A stretch of 64,000 bases of DNA, from NCBI RefSeq assembly GCF_020745735.1, contig NC_083420.1:73192237-73256236 (forward strand), given 5' to 3'. Of this stretch, positions 47,771 through 60,829 are shown piece after piece; position 1 is the first letter of the stretch; each line of letters opens with the position of its first letter. The stretch comes from Hemiscyllium ocellatum (Eukaryota). A model generated the notes under the pieces. The model made no database searches. It saw only the letters and a program-made list of their open reading frames with translations, and had not been told where the DNA came from. Both the position numbers and the translations under genes were made by a program.

Positions 47771-50480
47771 ATAGAACATAGAATAATAGAATAATATTAC
47801 AGACCATTCAGTCGTCGATGTTGCATCGACCTGTAAACCATTCTGAAGCCCATCTGAACCACATTATTGCATTATCATTCATATATTGATATAATATACA
47901 TTTAAATGCCCATAAAGTTAGTGCGTCTCCGACTGTTGCAGGCAGGGCCTTCAAAGCCCTTACTATTCTCCGAGTAAAGAAAACATCTCTGACATTTATC
48001 GTGTATCCATCAAGCCTCGGTTTAATGCAATATTCCCTCGTGCTGGCCATCACCTGCTGAAGAAAATGGCTTTGTCTGTCCACACTATCTAATGCTCTGA
48101 TTATCTTATATGCCTCTGTTAAGTCACCTATTCTCACTAATGAAAATAGCTTCACATCGCTCTGGCTTTCCTGATAAGACCTTCCCTCCATATCAGGCAC
48201 ATCCTGGTAAATCTCCTCTGCACACTTTCTTTCTTCCTATAATGTGTCCTGCGGAACTGTTCACAATTGTCCAAGTGTGGCTGCACCAGAGTTTGGTGTA
48301 GCTGCAACATGAACTCATGGCTCTGGAACTCAATCCCTCTGCCAATAAAAGTGAACATACTGTATGCCTTCAAACAAACTTTTCAACATAGGTGGCAACT
48401 TTGTGGATCTCTGCCCAGAGACACCGCGATCTCTCTGATCATCTCCACTAACAAGAATCTTGCCATTAGCCCAATTCTCTACATCCCTGTTAGTGCTTCC
48501 AAAGTGAATTGCCTTACATTTTACGGCATAACATACAATTCTCCCCTTCTCAGTCCAGCTCTGCAGCTTATTTATGTCCCTCTGTCACCGGCAAATTCCT
48601 ACTGCACTGTCCACAATTCCACCGACTTTTTGATCATTTGCAAATTTACTAATCCATCCTGCTTCCCCGTCTTGTAGGACACTTATAAAACTGTCAAACA
48701 GCTGTGTCTCCAAAACAAATCCGTGCTTTTCACCACTGGTGACTGATCTCCAGGATGAACATTTCCAATCAATCATCACCCTCTGACTTCTTTTAAGCTT
48801 GTCAATTTCAGATCCAAACCTCAATCACCCTCAGTCCCATGCCTCCGTATATTTTGTTATAGCTTACCTTTGGGAAACCTCATAAAACGCTTTACTGAAA
48901 TCCATATTTTTCACATCAACTGCTTTACCCTCATCCATCTTCTTGGTCACTTTCTGAAATAGGTTTTGTGAGGCATGACTAACCCGTCACAAAAGCATAT
49001 GGACTATCCTTTATCAAATTATTCATTTATAGATTATTATAAATCCTACCTCATACAATCCTTTCCAACAATTTACACACAACTGAAGCAAAGCTCACTG
49101 GTCCATAATTACCAGGATTGTCTCTGCTCCCCTTCTTGAACAAGTGGACAATATTTGCTATTCTCCAGTCTTCTGACACTATCCCTGTACACAATCATGA
49201 CATTAATATCAAAGCCAAAGACTCTGTAATCCTCTTTCTAGCTTCCCTGAAAATCCTCGGATAAATTCCTTCTGCCCCACGGACTCATCTGTTTTCTCAC
49301 TTGCCATAATTGCTAAGACCTCCTCCTTGTGGTACTTAATCCTGTTGAGTCTCCTGTTGAGCCTGTATCTCAGTATTCTCCTCAACGACATTTTCCTTTC
49401 TCTGGATGAATACTGACGGAAAATATCCATTTATCTCCTCCCCAATCTCTTCGGACTCCACACACAACTTCCCTCTGTGGTCTTTCATTGGTCCTAAGCT
49501 TTATCATTCTTTTATTCCTGATATACCTCTAGAAAGCTCGAGTATTTTCCTTGATTCTTACAGGCAAATACTTCTCATGTCCTCTCCTCGCTCTTTTTTC
49601 CTATCTCTTTAGGTCCTTTCTGGCCGACTTGTAACTTTCAAGCGCCTGAACTGTGCCTTCACGTCTCATCTTTACATAATCCTCCTTCTTCTTGATGAAA
49701 GATTCAACTTATTTAGGAAGCCACGGCTTCCTTGCTTGAGCATTCCCCCCACCTGACAAGTACATATGCAACGAGGAGACGCAGTAACTGTTCCTTAAAC
49801 ATGCTCCACATTTCAAGTGTTGCCATCCCCTGCTGTTTCATTCCTCAGCCTATGCATCCTAAATCTTGTCTAACTGCATCATAATGACCTTTTCCCAGCT
49901 ATAACTCTTGACCTTCCGTCTATACGTATCCCTTTTCATTGAAAAATTGAACTTAAGCGAATTCTGGTCACTATCATCAAAGTGCTCACCTACATGCAAG
50001 TTTAACACCTGATCGGGTTCATTACACAGTGGCAAAACTAGTGTGGTCTCACCTCTTGTTGAGCTATCTACGTATAATGTGAGGATCCCGTCCTGTGCAC
50101 ATTCGACAAAAACCGCCCAATCTAAGATACTCATTCCGTTACGTTTCCAGTCAATATTATTAGAGTGAAAGTACCACATAAAAACTGACCTGCTCCTTTG
50201 ACGCCTACCCAGAATCTCCTTTGTAACCCTTTGTCTACATTTCTGGAACTTTACTGAGGCCTAGAGAAAGCACTCAACAGGGAAACGTTTCCTTTCCTGT
50301 TTCTAACATCGTCCCATGCTAACTCAGTCGACGAGTGCACATCAAACGTCGTTTCTGCCGCAGTAATGCATCCTTTCCTACAATGCCACGCCCCCCATAC
50401 CAACTTCGGTGTTCATGTCCAGTACATGAACTCAATGAGTTCATTTCAGTTATCTCATCTAACCCATAACAGCAACCTTC
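47771..50480 (-). mobile_element. CR1/HER1 LINE, long decayed ORF2
   Basis: VGEHFDDSDQN, WISKFANDQKVGG and VQRRFTRM motifs; TTCTAT tail. Confidence 0.9.
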
Positions 50481-50523
50481 CAGAGGTAAAATAATTGAGT
50501 ATTGATATCGCATGGGGAGACAT

Positions 50524-50836
50524 GGGCGGCACGGTGGCACAGTGGTTAGCACTGCTGCCTCACAGCGCCAGAGACCCGGGTTCAATTCCCGCCTCAGGTG
50601 ACTGACTGTGTGGAGTTTGCACATTCTCCCCGTGTCTGCGTGGGTTTCCTCCGGGTGCTCCGGTTTCCTCCCACAGTCCAAAGATGTGCGGGTCAGGTGA
50701 ATTGGCCATGCTAAATCGTCCGTAGAGTTAGGTAAGGGGTAAATGTAGGGGTATGGGTGGGTTGCGCTTCGGCGGGCCAGTGTGGACTTGTTGGGCCGAA
50801 GGGCCTGTTTCCACACTGTAAGTCATCTAATCTAAT
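50524..50836 (+). mobile_element. HE1-type SINE, full-length young copy
   Basis: A box TGGCACAGTGG, B box GGTTCAATTCC, (ATCTA)n tail; possible 5-bp TSD GACAT (50519-50523 / 50837-50841). Confidence 0.95.
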
Positions 50837-50849
50837 GACATATGGAAAT

Positions 50850-52310
50850 AAGCCATGAAATACTAAGTTAATTATACATGACGTAAATACAGGAAATGGT
50901 ATTCCGATTTCGCACATTTCTTATAGAATTTACCCTTTAACTTTGGCGCAAGTTCTAAAAGGAATGGAACAGTCCATGACAACATAATAAAAGTGAGTTG
51001 TCGTGATTCGAGCTCACACATAGTAATGGTGCCAAAACCAGATGTTTCCCAGTAGTGATGTGTAGATTATCGCAAATTCAATGCCGTTACGAAGTCCGAT
51101 TCACATCCGATTCAATGCGCGAAAGGCTGCATTGAGAAGGTGGAAAGGTGGGTCAGACAACGTGTATTTCTAAATTGGAGTTACTAAGACGATATTGGCA
51201 TGTACCATTATTCAAAACAGTGAAGGAATTTGCTGACTACTGTGTCAATTTAACATTAAACAGTTTGCTACAAGACATGCACGAGCCACCTTTCAAAGCC
51301 TACACAATAAACACATTTCTGGATAAATGTGATTTTTAGCGATGCATGAAAGGAACATTTGCAACATTTTTCAGAATGATTCGATTGACTTCGGAAGACG
51401 GGCTTAGTGATAAAATTGTCTAAGAGTGAATTTGCCAAAACACAAGTTAACTTCCAGGGCCATGTTATCGGACTCAGACATATGGCCCCGCGGAATGTGA
51501 AAAAAGGGTGTTGGGGTGTGTTCCACTACAACAATGAAGAAAGCAGTCCAACTAGTCCTGGGATCGAGTGGCTTTTTATCGAAATTCAATCCGAATTTTC
51601 GCAATGAATTTTCTCACTGAATTACTGAGAAAAAGTGAGAGGTTTCATTGGATGACAAATTGTCAGAAGGAGTCTGACAACCTAAAAGCTGTGTTATCAC
51701 TGCTGCAGCGTTAGCCACACCTAATTACACAAAAACGACCAAGGTGGCGATCGAAGTGAGTGCTGTGGGTACCAGTGCTGCACACTTTCTAAAAAAACAA
51801 CAAGAAGATCGAAAGGCCGATCGGATTTTTCTCCAAGAAGTTGAAATTTCATCAGCAGAAATATTCTACGGTTGAGAAAGAGGTTTTGAGCTTGCTGTTG
51901 GCGTTACAATAGTATAACTTTTATGTTCCCATAATGTGTATGAGACGGTCATGTAGACTCATCATAACTCATTAAAGTTTTTGGAGAAATTTAAGGACAA
52001 ACATTTCACTCTGATTAGATTAAGCTTATCATTGCAGCCATTCAATTCAACAATTATACATGACAGAACGAGAAAACATGATTGCCGATATATTGTTGAG
52101 ACTTGAATGACAAAAGATGGAGACTCTCAGTGGCTGCAATAAACAGACTAAAACAGAATGTAGTAATGCAGGTTTGCATGGTTAATATCAATTTTTTATA
52201 TATGTGTTTTGTGTACTCGCAGAGTAGGAGGAATGGTTTTTAAATGAATTCATCTTTACGTGTTAATGCTTCATATTTTTCGTGAGGAGGTTGACAATGC
52301 TGTCACTTTT
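50850..52310 (+). mobile_element. Gypsy (Gmr1-type) RT-RNase H fragment
   Basis: IVMVPKPD, CVDYRKFNAVTKSD, KSEFAKTQVNFQGHVIG and KYSTVEKEVLSL. No integrase follows RH. Confidence 0.85.
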
Positions 52311-52316
52311 ACAAAT

Positions 52317-52625
52317 TGATTAGATTAGATTCCCTATAGATTGGAAAGGGGCCCTTCGGCCTAACAGGTTAACAATGAACCTTCGAAGTGTAACCCACCC
52401 AAACCCATTTCCCTCTTACCCATGCACCTAACATTATGGGCAATTTAGCATTGCCAATCAAGGTGACCTGCCCCTCTATGGACTGTGGGAAGAAAACGGA
52501 GGGAACCCACGCAGATACAGGGAGAATGTGCAAACTCGATACAGACAGTCCCCGAGGCTAGAATCGAACCCGGGTGTCTGGCGCTGTGAGACAGCAGTGG
52601 TAACAAGATGCCATCGTGCCGCCCC
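52317..52625 (-). mobile_element. HE1-type SINE
   Basis: GGGCGGCACGATGGC head and (AATCT)n tail. Confidence 0.88.
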
Positions 52626-52754
52626 AAGTTTGTTTTATCCATAGGCTTTTTCAATTGAGGTAGTAATGACAGAGAAGCCGAAGTGTCCAGTTAACAATGG
52701 TGGCCCAGTGAAGAGTACCCCAAGTTCAGTTGTTTTTTTTTTCTCATTTGATTT

Positions 52755-53000
52755 AAGATTTAAATTACTTACAGTGTGGAAACAGACCTTTTGGCCCAAC
52801 AAGTCCACACCGACCCGCCGAAACGCAACCCACCGAGACCTATTCCCCTACATTTACCCCTGCACCTAACACTACAGGCAATTTAACATGGCCAATTCAC
52901 CTAACCTGCACACGTTTGGACTGTGGGAGGAAACCGAAGCCCCCAGAGGAAATGCAAGCAGAGAAAGGGAGAATTTGCAAACTCCACACACTCAGTCACC
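52755..53000 (-). mobile_element. HE1-type SINE, 5'-truncated
   Basis: Core and tail match 36023-36336. Confidence 0.85.
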
Positions 53001-53268
53001 TGCTTTCCATTTCTGTGAATAGGTTTCCTTGTGTGGGCGATGTCATTTCCTATGGCAATGTAAATTTCTGTGTTGATGTCACTTACAGTTCTTTTTCTCA
53101 GAGTGTGATAGGAAGGATCCAATTTGATTTGTTTGTTGAGTACTGGAGGCTCGCTGAGATGTTACGTTCTATAGTGACGATATATCTGAAAATGAACCTT
53201 CCAGCTCAGCTAGAAAGCTATGCATCCTAAACCTCAACCTGGGCTGCAAATCTTCCCCAAACTTGCTA
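53001..53268. mobile_element. Remnant of an inverted Penelope-like structure
   Basis: Minus-strand LNKQIKLDP (cf. INKHIDLDP) abuts a plus-strand terminus at ~53142-53268 with a decayed hammerhead and an AACCTCAACCTGGGCTGCAAATCTT tail. Confidence 0.65.
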
Positions 53269-54539
53269 ATCAGACAATCTGTTGAAAATGGGAAAAATCA
53301 CTGTCCAGATTGAAGTGACTTGTGAATTGATTTAAATATTTAACAACCAGAGCAGTTTGGGTTGCAATCAGAGAGACAGAGAGAGAGAGAAAGAGACATC
53401 TTGAATAGATGTAGTGATGTTTTGGAGAATAGTACAATGCATAAATGACATTTTGATCAACCGGTTCTTGGCATTACAAAACTGGATGTTACAGTTCATG
53501 GTGTAAGTCGCAGGCGGGTTTCTTTGCTGAATAATAAACTGTACTTGAATTCAGATATTGGTCAGGAGTATGCAGGGGATAGGGTCTGATTCATGACCTA
53601 CTTCAGCAGATATTGGCCAGGGATGATATGGAGTCACAGAGTCATCACGTCACAGCTTAAACGTCCGCCCTCTACATTTGGACTCCCGTACTCAGAGGAA
53701 GAAACTTGGCTATTCACTCTGTTCATGCCCATCAAGAATTTATAAACCTCCATAAGCTCACCTCTACATCTCCACGTTGCAGATAAAAAAAAAGTTCCAA
53801 ATTACTCAGAGTCTCAATCAGAGAAAGGGGATGGAGTTTCTGACTTTAATTGATGACAATGACCTCCATTTCTCAAAATTTAAACAATAATGGCAATAAT
53901 ACAATGAACCATGGTTTACAGCTGACACCGTGCAACTTGATATCGAGATCCAAAAGAGACACTGCCAGACGCAGCGGGTGAGGTTGGATGAACAAGTTCA
54001 CTACTGCAGTGACGTAGTGTTGGTACATGAATAACTGCATTCAGCGACAGAGCAACAAAAGTAGCAGCAGCATGGAGAGCAGAGTACCTGAAAACAACAT
54101 ACTGAAAAAAAAATCCATGTGTACTATAAATAATAACAGGACAGTGCGACTTACCAGAAGCAGCAACAATAGTATGAATCAGATAATAATAAAATTGAAC
54201 AATATAAAGCGATTCTGTCATCCGTGTTGGTAATGATCAGCATTTCAAAAATGAAAAGATTTTAAAAACATAGTATGATAAACTTCTGTCAACTGTTGGA
54301 GCATTCCAGTCTATTGTTCTCTGATTCCAATTCTTCTCCACCTCTGTCAAGTGCTGCTAATCCCTCTTCATTCTGGACGTAGAGTTCCCGCAGATACTTT
54401 GGGATAACACATTGAAATGTGCCTTTCATTTATAGTAGAGGGACAACTCCATTAAAACAGTTCCGAACAACAGAAACTTACATTAAACACGGTCACTGAA
54501 CAAACAGGTTCGGTTAAACCCCTTAAATCCAAGAGTTTC

Positions 54540-55000
54540 AAATGACAATATACCAAAAAACATGGAGTGCAGAGAGGTCCATAGAAGAAATTCAGGAAAT
54601 AGCTGAGGGATTCATCATTATCTTTAAACCGTTTTTTTTATGTGAGGGTAGTGTCACAGGACAGCAGGATTGCACGAATTCCAATTTCTTCACAAAAGTA
54701 AACAGTGATAAAGCCCTGAAGGTTGACTTACTGCATAAAGTTACTGGTGGGGAAGTGTATGCTAATGTCAGAATGTTTCTGTATCCTATTATCACCTCCT
54801 TTCAAACCTTGATCCATCCTTCAGAACATTAACAGTGTTCCCAAGAACAGAGTAAGCCATTCCATCCCCATAAGCCGGTTAGAGTAGGCGAAGATGATGC
54901 CATATCGTTCACACAAATCTACAACCACTGGAAGCGCTGGACACTTGGAATGTTAGCACATTTTGTAAAGGGATTCATTGATAATCATCGGGATGCGTGG
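54540..55000 (+). pseudogene. Possible heavily decayed C2H2 zinc-finger relic
   Basis: Scattered SAERS, EGFI, EH*QCSQEQSKPF, SFTQ and VKGFI fragments. Confidence 0.3.
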
Positions 55001-57643
55001 CAGCAGCCTTACTAGATATAAGTTTTTTTTTGTTTCTTTATCTGAGAAGTTTCGGATCGCCAATAACGCAGTTCATTGTTACTTCACTCAACATGCTCTG
55101 TGGAAGAACGGCCATTACACAATGAATTGTGCATGAATAAGTCATAGTTATTAAGAAACATTCATTACCCTCACGTGTTTTGGCAAGGTGTATGCTGGGA
55201 TGACTTATAATTCAGAATTAGACTGAGAATTGGAATTCAATGCCATGTGTAACCAAGCACAGGAATACAGAAATAGGCTGAAACTCGCGGGAGTTTGGTC
55301 ACCCTGGGGCGAATATGAAATTCCATCCGGGCAGTATTGCGCCCAGACGGGATTCCACCACACACCTGAGCATCCTCAATTTGGTGCACAACGTCAGGTC
55401 ATACCACTGACATTTTAAGTCATGAAATGGTGGTGGCAACGAACCGGACGTCTACTACTGCCTGCTCGCTATATCCTGCAGCAGTGTCCACCCAGACTAC
55501 CACAACCCAGACTACGCTCGTAACCCTCCTTACCATGGCCATCCCGTCCGACAGCCACTCGAAAATACGAGCACGAAGATGGGGATTTATCGGCAAAAGC
55601 TCGCTAAGGACAGACGCTAATCCTGCTGGAGGGTCTGGGCGACATGATTCGACCATGTTTCAGACAGTGTTTAGGTCCTGGGAAAAGAAAGGCAGCGTTC
55701 TGAGAGCGACCACCAAACCTTCATGGTCATTCAACAGGAATTGAGTATCATTGTGAAGTTTATGCTCCTGGTGGAAGAGTTACGTTGGCCGGGCTCACCA
55801 GTGGCGGAGACATAAAGGCATCACAGCAAGGTCTGGAAGGCGTAAAGATACCTGGTGCGAGTACTAACCAGTGACTGACCGCCCTTCTCAATGTTGAGAG
55901 TCACAACCTGCGCCACAATGCAGTGCATCTTTTTGTCTCAGATGAAAGATCTCTGCCAACCAGCAGCAAAGCTGGGAGGATGGACCAAAGTGACGAGCTG
56001 GAACCACAGCATGACAGACACCAGCTTGTTTAAGAACAGCACTCGACTCCAGTAAGACAGCACTCGGAGCCGTCCTGCCCAGCAGAGTGGGGGGTGTAAC
56101 TTTTCCCTCCATCTCCTGCCAGTTCTGCAGCCAGTATTCTCACGAGGCTGAGGTAGACCCCAAGATAGAGGACATGGGTATTACACCAGATGAACCGCCG
56201 TAACTCACCTGGCAGTGTCAATCCACCACAGGCCGACCAGTAGTCTGGAACATTTTACTTAGTTGATCCTGGCAGAAAACACAGCCAGGTACACTGCCTG
56301 GGACTGGCGCATCCTCCCCAGTTCAGTGAAAGTGAGGAGTATGTCATCACTGTAAGCCAAGCAGAACACCCCCATGGCCGCGGCTTGCAGAAGCATCCCC
56401 GGCAACCTCCTCTGCGAGAGGCATTGCAGAGTCTCGAGCACATCGTCGAGATCGACTCTGTCGAACGCCTCCTCCTTATGAAGAGACTGAAAGGCACATG
56501 GCAGACCAGCCCTTCGACACAAATGGATCAGGTTCAGGATCGAATGGACGTTGTCATGATTCCTCTGTCCCAGGAACGTGAAGGACTGGTCTGGGTGGAT
56601 TATGTGGGCCAGCACGGAAGCCAGATAGATTGTTAAAATGCCAGTATGTGGACACAAGTTGGATGCAGAATGGAAGAAGTTCTGCCTACACCTGTTGATG
56701 TTCTATTCAGAGCACTTGCTGCTTATAGGGTCTGCAGGAAAGATGGAGGTGTATACCTGTGAAACATATAAGCAGTCGATTATTAATGTTTCTTCTCTAG
56801 GCCTCACGAAGGTGAAGGCGATGGAGCGAGGATGGAAATTTCACCAGACGTTCACCAGATCGAAAGGATTGACCAAGTCCCTCAACCTCCTCCCCGACTC
56901 CCAAGTAGTCTGGGCAGCACCATCGTCCCTGTCCTTGCGAATGCAGAAAAAGCTGCCCTGAGAACAGTGCACTGGCTGTCGTCAATGGAGGCGAGATGCG
57001 TGGTTTCTTCTTCGTAGAAATGCATTTTACTTGGTCCAAGCAAGCGAGCATAGATGTTCACTAAATGAAGAACAGCGGTCACCACCTGTACCGTCAGCTG
57101 AAGGAAACGGCCTCGCACAGGATCCCCGACTTCTAAGATTTGCAACTGAAAACACAGGGGGAATAAGATAGCCACCCCACCTGACCTGCAGGTGGGTGAT
57201 TCATGTAATTCCCTCCCTTGCCACTGCAAGAGCCAGTTGACTTTTTTCGCAGATGTAGTGTGAGTTAATTTCAGAAAGCACACCACATACTTCCTGTCCC
57301 GAATGACCCAGAAGGTCTGATATCTAACCTGAGACTAGCTGCTGGCGTTGATGTTGAGGGTGACTATGGTTGTCTTCATGTCAGCAGTACTGTTCAAACA
57401 CCACCAAAACCACAAAACCTACATATAATTATTGGAACGTCGAGGCAGGGGTGCAGAAATCCCTCGTCCTCACCAAGAGTGCACCAACGAATTTTTGATG
57501 TGTTTTAGCTCAGTTGCGTCCAGTCCAGGTGCTTGGTGAGCAGCTTGGGACGCCCAATAAACCATCTCAAAGGAGCTCCAGTGGTCGAAACCCAGCTGGG
57601 TAGTACCCTGGCTACTGCAAATTTCAGCCAAAAGGTCCCAAAG

Positions 57644-57772
57644 GTCACACTAGGCTCTCAAGCACTGAGGATGTCACCCAGACAGGGGACGAAACGTTTG
57701 CAACACAAATTCCCAGCTCAGCGAACAGAACCACAACAACGAGCACCCTAGCTACAACTCTTCTCCCAAACT
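57644..57772 (+). mobile_element. 129-bp Penelope-like hammerhead module with perfect 11-bp TSD, inserted in the Tx1 element
   Basis: AGGTCCCAAAG at 57633-57643 and 57773-57783. Confidence 0.9.
57662..57701 (+). ncRNA. Minimal type I hammerhead ribozyme, intact core
   Basis: GCA-CUGAGGA-U-GUCACCC-AGAC-AGGGGAC-GAAA-CGUU-UGC. Confidence 0.78.
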
Positions 57773-59789
57773 AGGTCCCAAAGTGCCTCGACGGATAGGA
57801 GGGGAAGCTCATCTGTGGTGCCTGTAACTGAGAAATCTCGCTGAAGATGGACTTCACGTCATCCCAATTCCCAGCATCGAACCCAAACCATCCTCTAGGC
57901 AATCGCCCTCCCTCACGGGCCCCTACCTCACAATGAGAGTAGGGGCAGGTCTGGCAGCGCCAGCTGGCCTTAAAGCCCCAGTAAACGCAGCACCGGGGTC
58001 AATAGTGACAATTTACATAGTGCACCTCTTCCTGCAACGCCCTGACGCGCTCCTCTCTTGACTCTGGGACGCCCGACCCTTCAGGGCAATGGTCCTCCCC
58101 CAGGGACAACGTGCTCGGAAAAAAACACGCAATTGGGGAAGGAGTGAGGATAACACTTCCCTCTCCCCCCGCTCGATGACACGTCGGTAATAGAATTATT
58201 ATTGCAGCCCGCATTGCAGCCTATGTGGGGCAATGACTCATCCCTGGGTGCTGGTGGAGCAGCAGCAGCAAGAGTTCTGATGGGAACCCTAGGCTCCTCG
58301 AACGTCAGCCTGTTTTACGGGAAAGGCAGGAAGCGCCTGAAGAACATGCTCTGATCATGGGTAGCATTCTCGGCGTGCTGCAAGGAAGTCCTACCCTTTC
58401 TGAGGGTAATCCCTCTTTTCAAGGTGTCAGTGGCCGTGCGAAAGACAGATTCCCAACGTTCCCAAAATCCTGCCTAGGGCCCAGAGACACAGTTGCTGCA
58501 GAATGTGACCATCAGCAACAGGTTCCCCGAGATTGGTGCTGGAGTCTAGGTGAGTGAATTAAGGGCATTGGTTCAGTGACCCTTGGGCCAGGTGCTTTGG
58601 GGAAGGACGAGGCATGCCTGACCTGTGGATCGCCGGAACAGGGCAAGGTTTGGAATCAGAATCAGGGGACTGAGGGTCAGGGGCCTGCGCCAGGGTGGCA
58701 CTGATGCAGCCACAGGGGCATTGTCGCACTGGGGTGGGGCAGAGTGAGAGTCCGATTCCTAATAATGAGATGGCGTGTCAACACTGCAGTGTCTTGGCAT
58801 GTTGTATCTTTTTTCGGCCAGTTGTTCACCCGTCCCCACGAGAAGCAGAAGCACGAGTAACCTTTGCTTCGTTCCCGTTGTCAGGGCCACTGATGTTGTC
58901 TAAAGGGAACGGGGTGTGTTGTGGCAGCGCCCCCGCGAGAGCAGGTGTCTGCTGGGCAGCCTTCTGCGTGGAGCAGTTCTTTCATATTTCCCCCACCTCT
59001 TGGCACAAGTGACACTGCACACCGTCTGCCATCAATAAGACACGGTTGGACACAATCTCCTCTGGGAGCATAAAGCAGAGCTCTGATACCTCCGTCCAGA
59101 TCAGACAAATGAACATCTGGCATCAGAAATAGTACATGTGCTTGAGGGTTGGGTCGGTCAGACAGAGCTGGAGGGTTGTGCACCTGAGTGTGGGGAGAGA
59201 ACGAAGTCACTGGCAATAAATGGCGGGAGGACATTGGAAACGACGAGTCCTTGGGCTGTGACCTCTAAAATGTCGACGGCTATGTATGTCCTAACACAGT
59301 CAGCCCCTTCTCCAAGTCCAGATGTAGCGCTGCTCAGTCTGAAGGAAACCATATGGCCTTCCCATGCATCTGGGCTGCAGCAATAATGGCGAGCGGGCCG
59401 ACAATACAGCCCATGGCTTTGATACAGGTTTGACGATCATGGGGTAAGTCTTCAACCCCAGGCTCTTAGCTAGGCTCCTGAAGGGGCTAGTGGGTGCACC
59501 CATGGCTGATGCAGCCATGCCGAGGGCAGCTACATCCTTGCATTGGTGCAGCTGGGACCTCACATTTTATGGCCTGCCATTGTGTGATGCTGTGCTGCTT
59601 TGCAACCCCAGGTGTTATTCCTCCACATGGCCCTCTGGCAAAGATAGTCACGACACTGGAAGGCTGGCACAGTAGCGGCAACAGTCCCGGGCATCTGTGG
59701 GCATTGACAAAAGCGGAGGTATTAGGCCGAGTTACGAAGAACACGAACATTCCCAGGTGTTTGTTGGGCTCAGGCAGCTGTGGTGGACG

Positions 59790-60420
59790 CAGGCCCAGGC
59801 AGCAGCAACAGCAACACAACCAGGCGCAGTTGAGGCCCAGGTAGCGGCAGTGGGTGAAGGCCTAGTCAGCAAAAGTAACACTTCTAGATCTGGGGGAATC
59901 CCAGGCCTCAGCAGTGGATTCAGGCCCAGGCAGCAGAAGAAACGATCCCACGTGTAGATGGGGCTCGAGGAAGCTCATGTGGAGCAGGCCAAAGGAAGAA
60001 GCGGTGGAAGCAGGCCCAAGAAGCAACAGCAACAGTCCTAGTTTTGGGTAGGGCCCAGGCAGCAGCTGTGGAAGCAGGCCGAAGAAGCAGCAGCAACAGT
60101 CCCAGGCTTGGTTGGTCCCAAGCAGCAGACGTGGAAGCAAGTCCAAACAGCAACAGCAACACTCCCAGATGCAGGAGTGAACCATTGAGCAACAAAACAG
60201 GTAGGCCCAAGAAGCAGCAGCAACAGTCTCAGGCTAAATTGAGACCCAGGCAACAGACGTGGAGGCAAGTCCAAACAGCAACAGCTACATTCCCAGATGC
60301 AGGAGGGACCCATTCAGCAACAATAGAGGTAGGCCCAAGCAGCTGAGGAGTACAGAAGGCCCAGGCTGAGGTAGTAGGAACACTCCCAGGCTGCAGCAAC
60401 AGAGCTGAGTGCTGGCAGTT
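59790..60420. repeat. Tandem repeats in the Tx1 5' region: GGCCCAGGCAGCAGCAACAG subunits in ~64-bp and ~128-bp higher-order units
   Basis: GTGGARGCARG recurs at ~60004, 60068, 60131 and 60259. Confidence 0.75.
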
Positions 60421-60829
60421 GCCCGTGGAGTTGAGCACAGCAGAAATTAAAGGAAGTAAACCGAAAGAAACCGAGAAATAAAGAACGAATTTAAAAAGCA
60501 AAAAAGAAAACCAAAAATCAAAACACAAGTCTACCTGAAACACTGGGGAGAAAAGAAAGCTCTTCTTATTATGAAATCTAACAGCAGTATGTGGTCCAGC
60601 CAGCAGAGATGTTTGTCCTCTCTCTAAGACAAAGTGGAGACTCCTTCACCACTGATCCTGCTCCCTCAGAATCAGCTCTCAGAGTGAACAGGATGGAAAG
60701 GTTCCTATTCATTTTATTTTCGTGGAGATCACCCAATGTCTGACACTCCTGTATTTTTGCTTCCTTTTGGTAGTGTTAATTTTTTTCAACACCCATGTCG
60801 TGTGTATGCAGGGTGTAGGACGCAGTGAA

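Larger units (their letters stand above)
55245..60560 (-). mobile_element. Tx1-like (L1 group) non-LTR retrotransposon, decayed: repeat-rich 5' UTR, ORF1 and internally deleted ORF2
   Basis: ORF1 remnants LEVTAQGLVVSNVLPPFI and knuckle CHLCQEVG..KNC (~59010). ORF2 starts MKTTIVTLNINA at 57379; SGGVAILF, VNIYA, IIHPDQS, EAFDRV and LAYSDDI motifs. Confidence 0.88.

Noticed and set aside
59487-60543. Poly-Cys, poly-Gln and poly-Leu ORFs
   Set aside because: Translations of the Tx1 5' tandem repeats.
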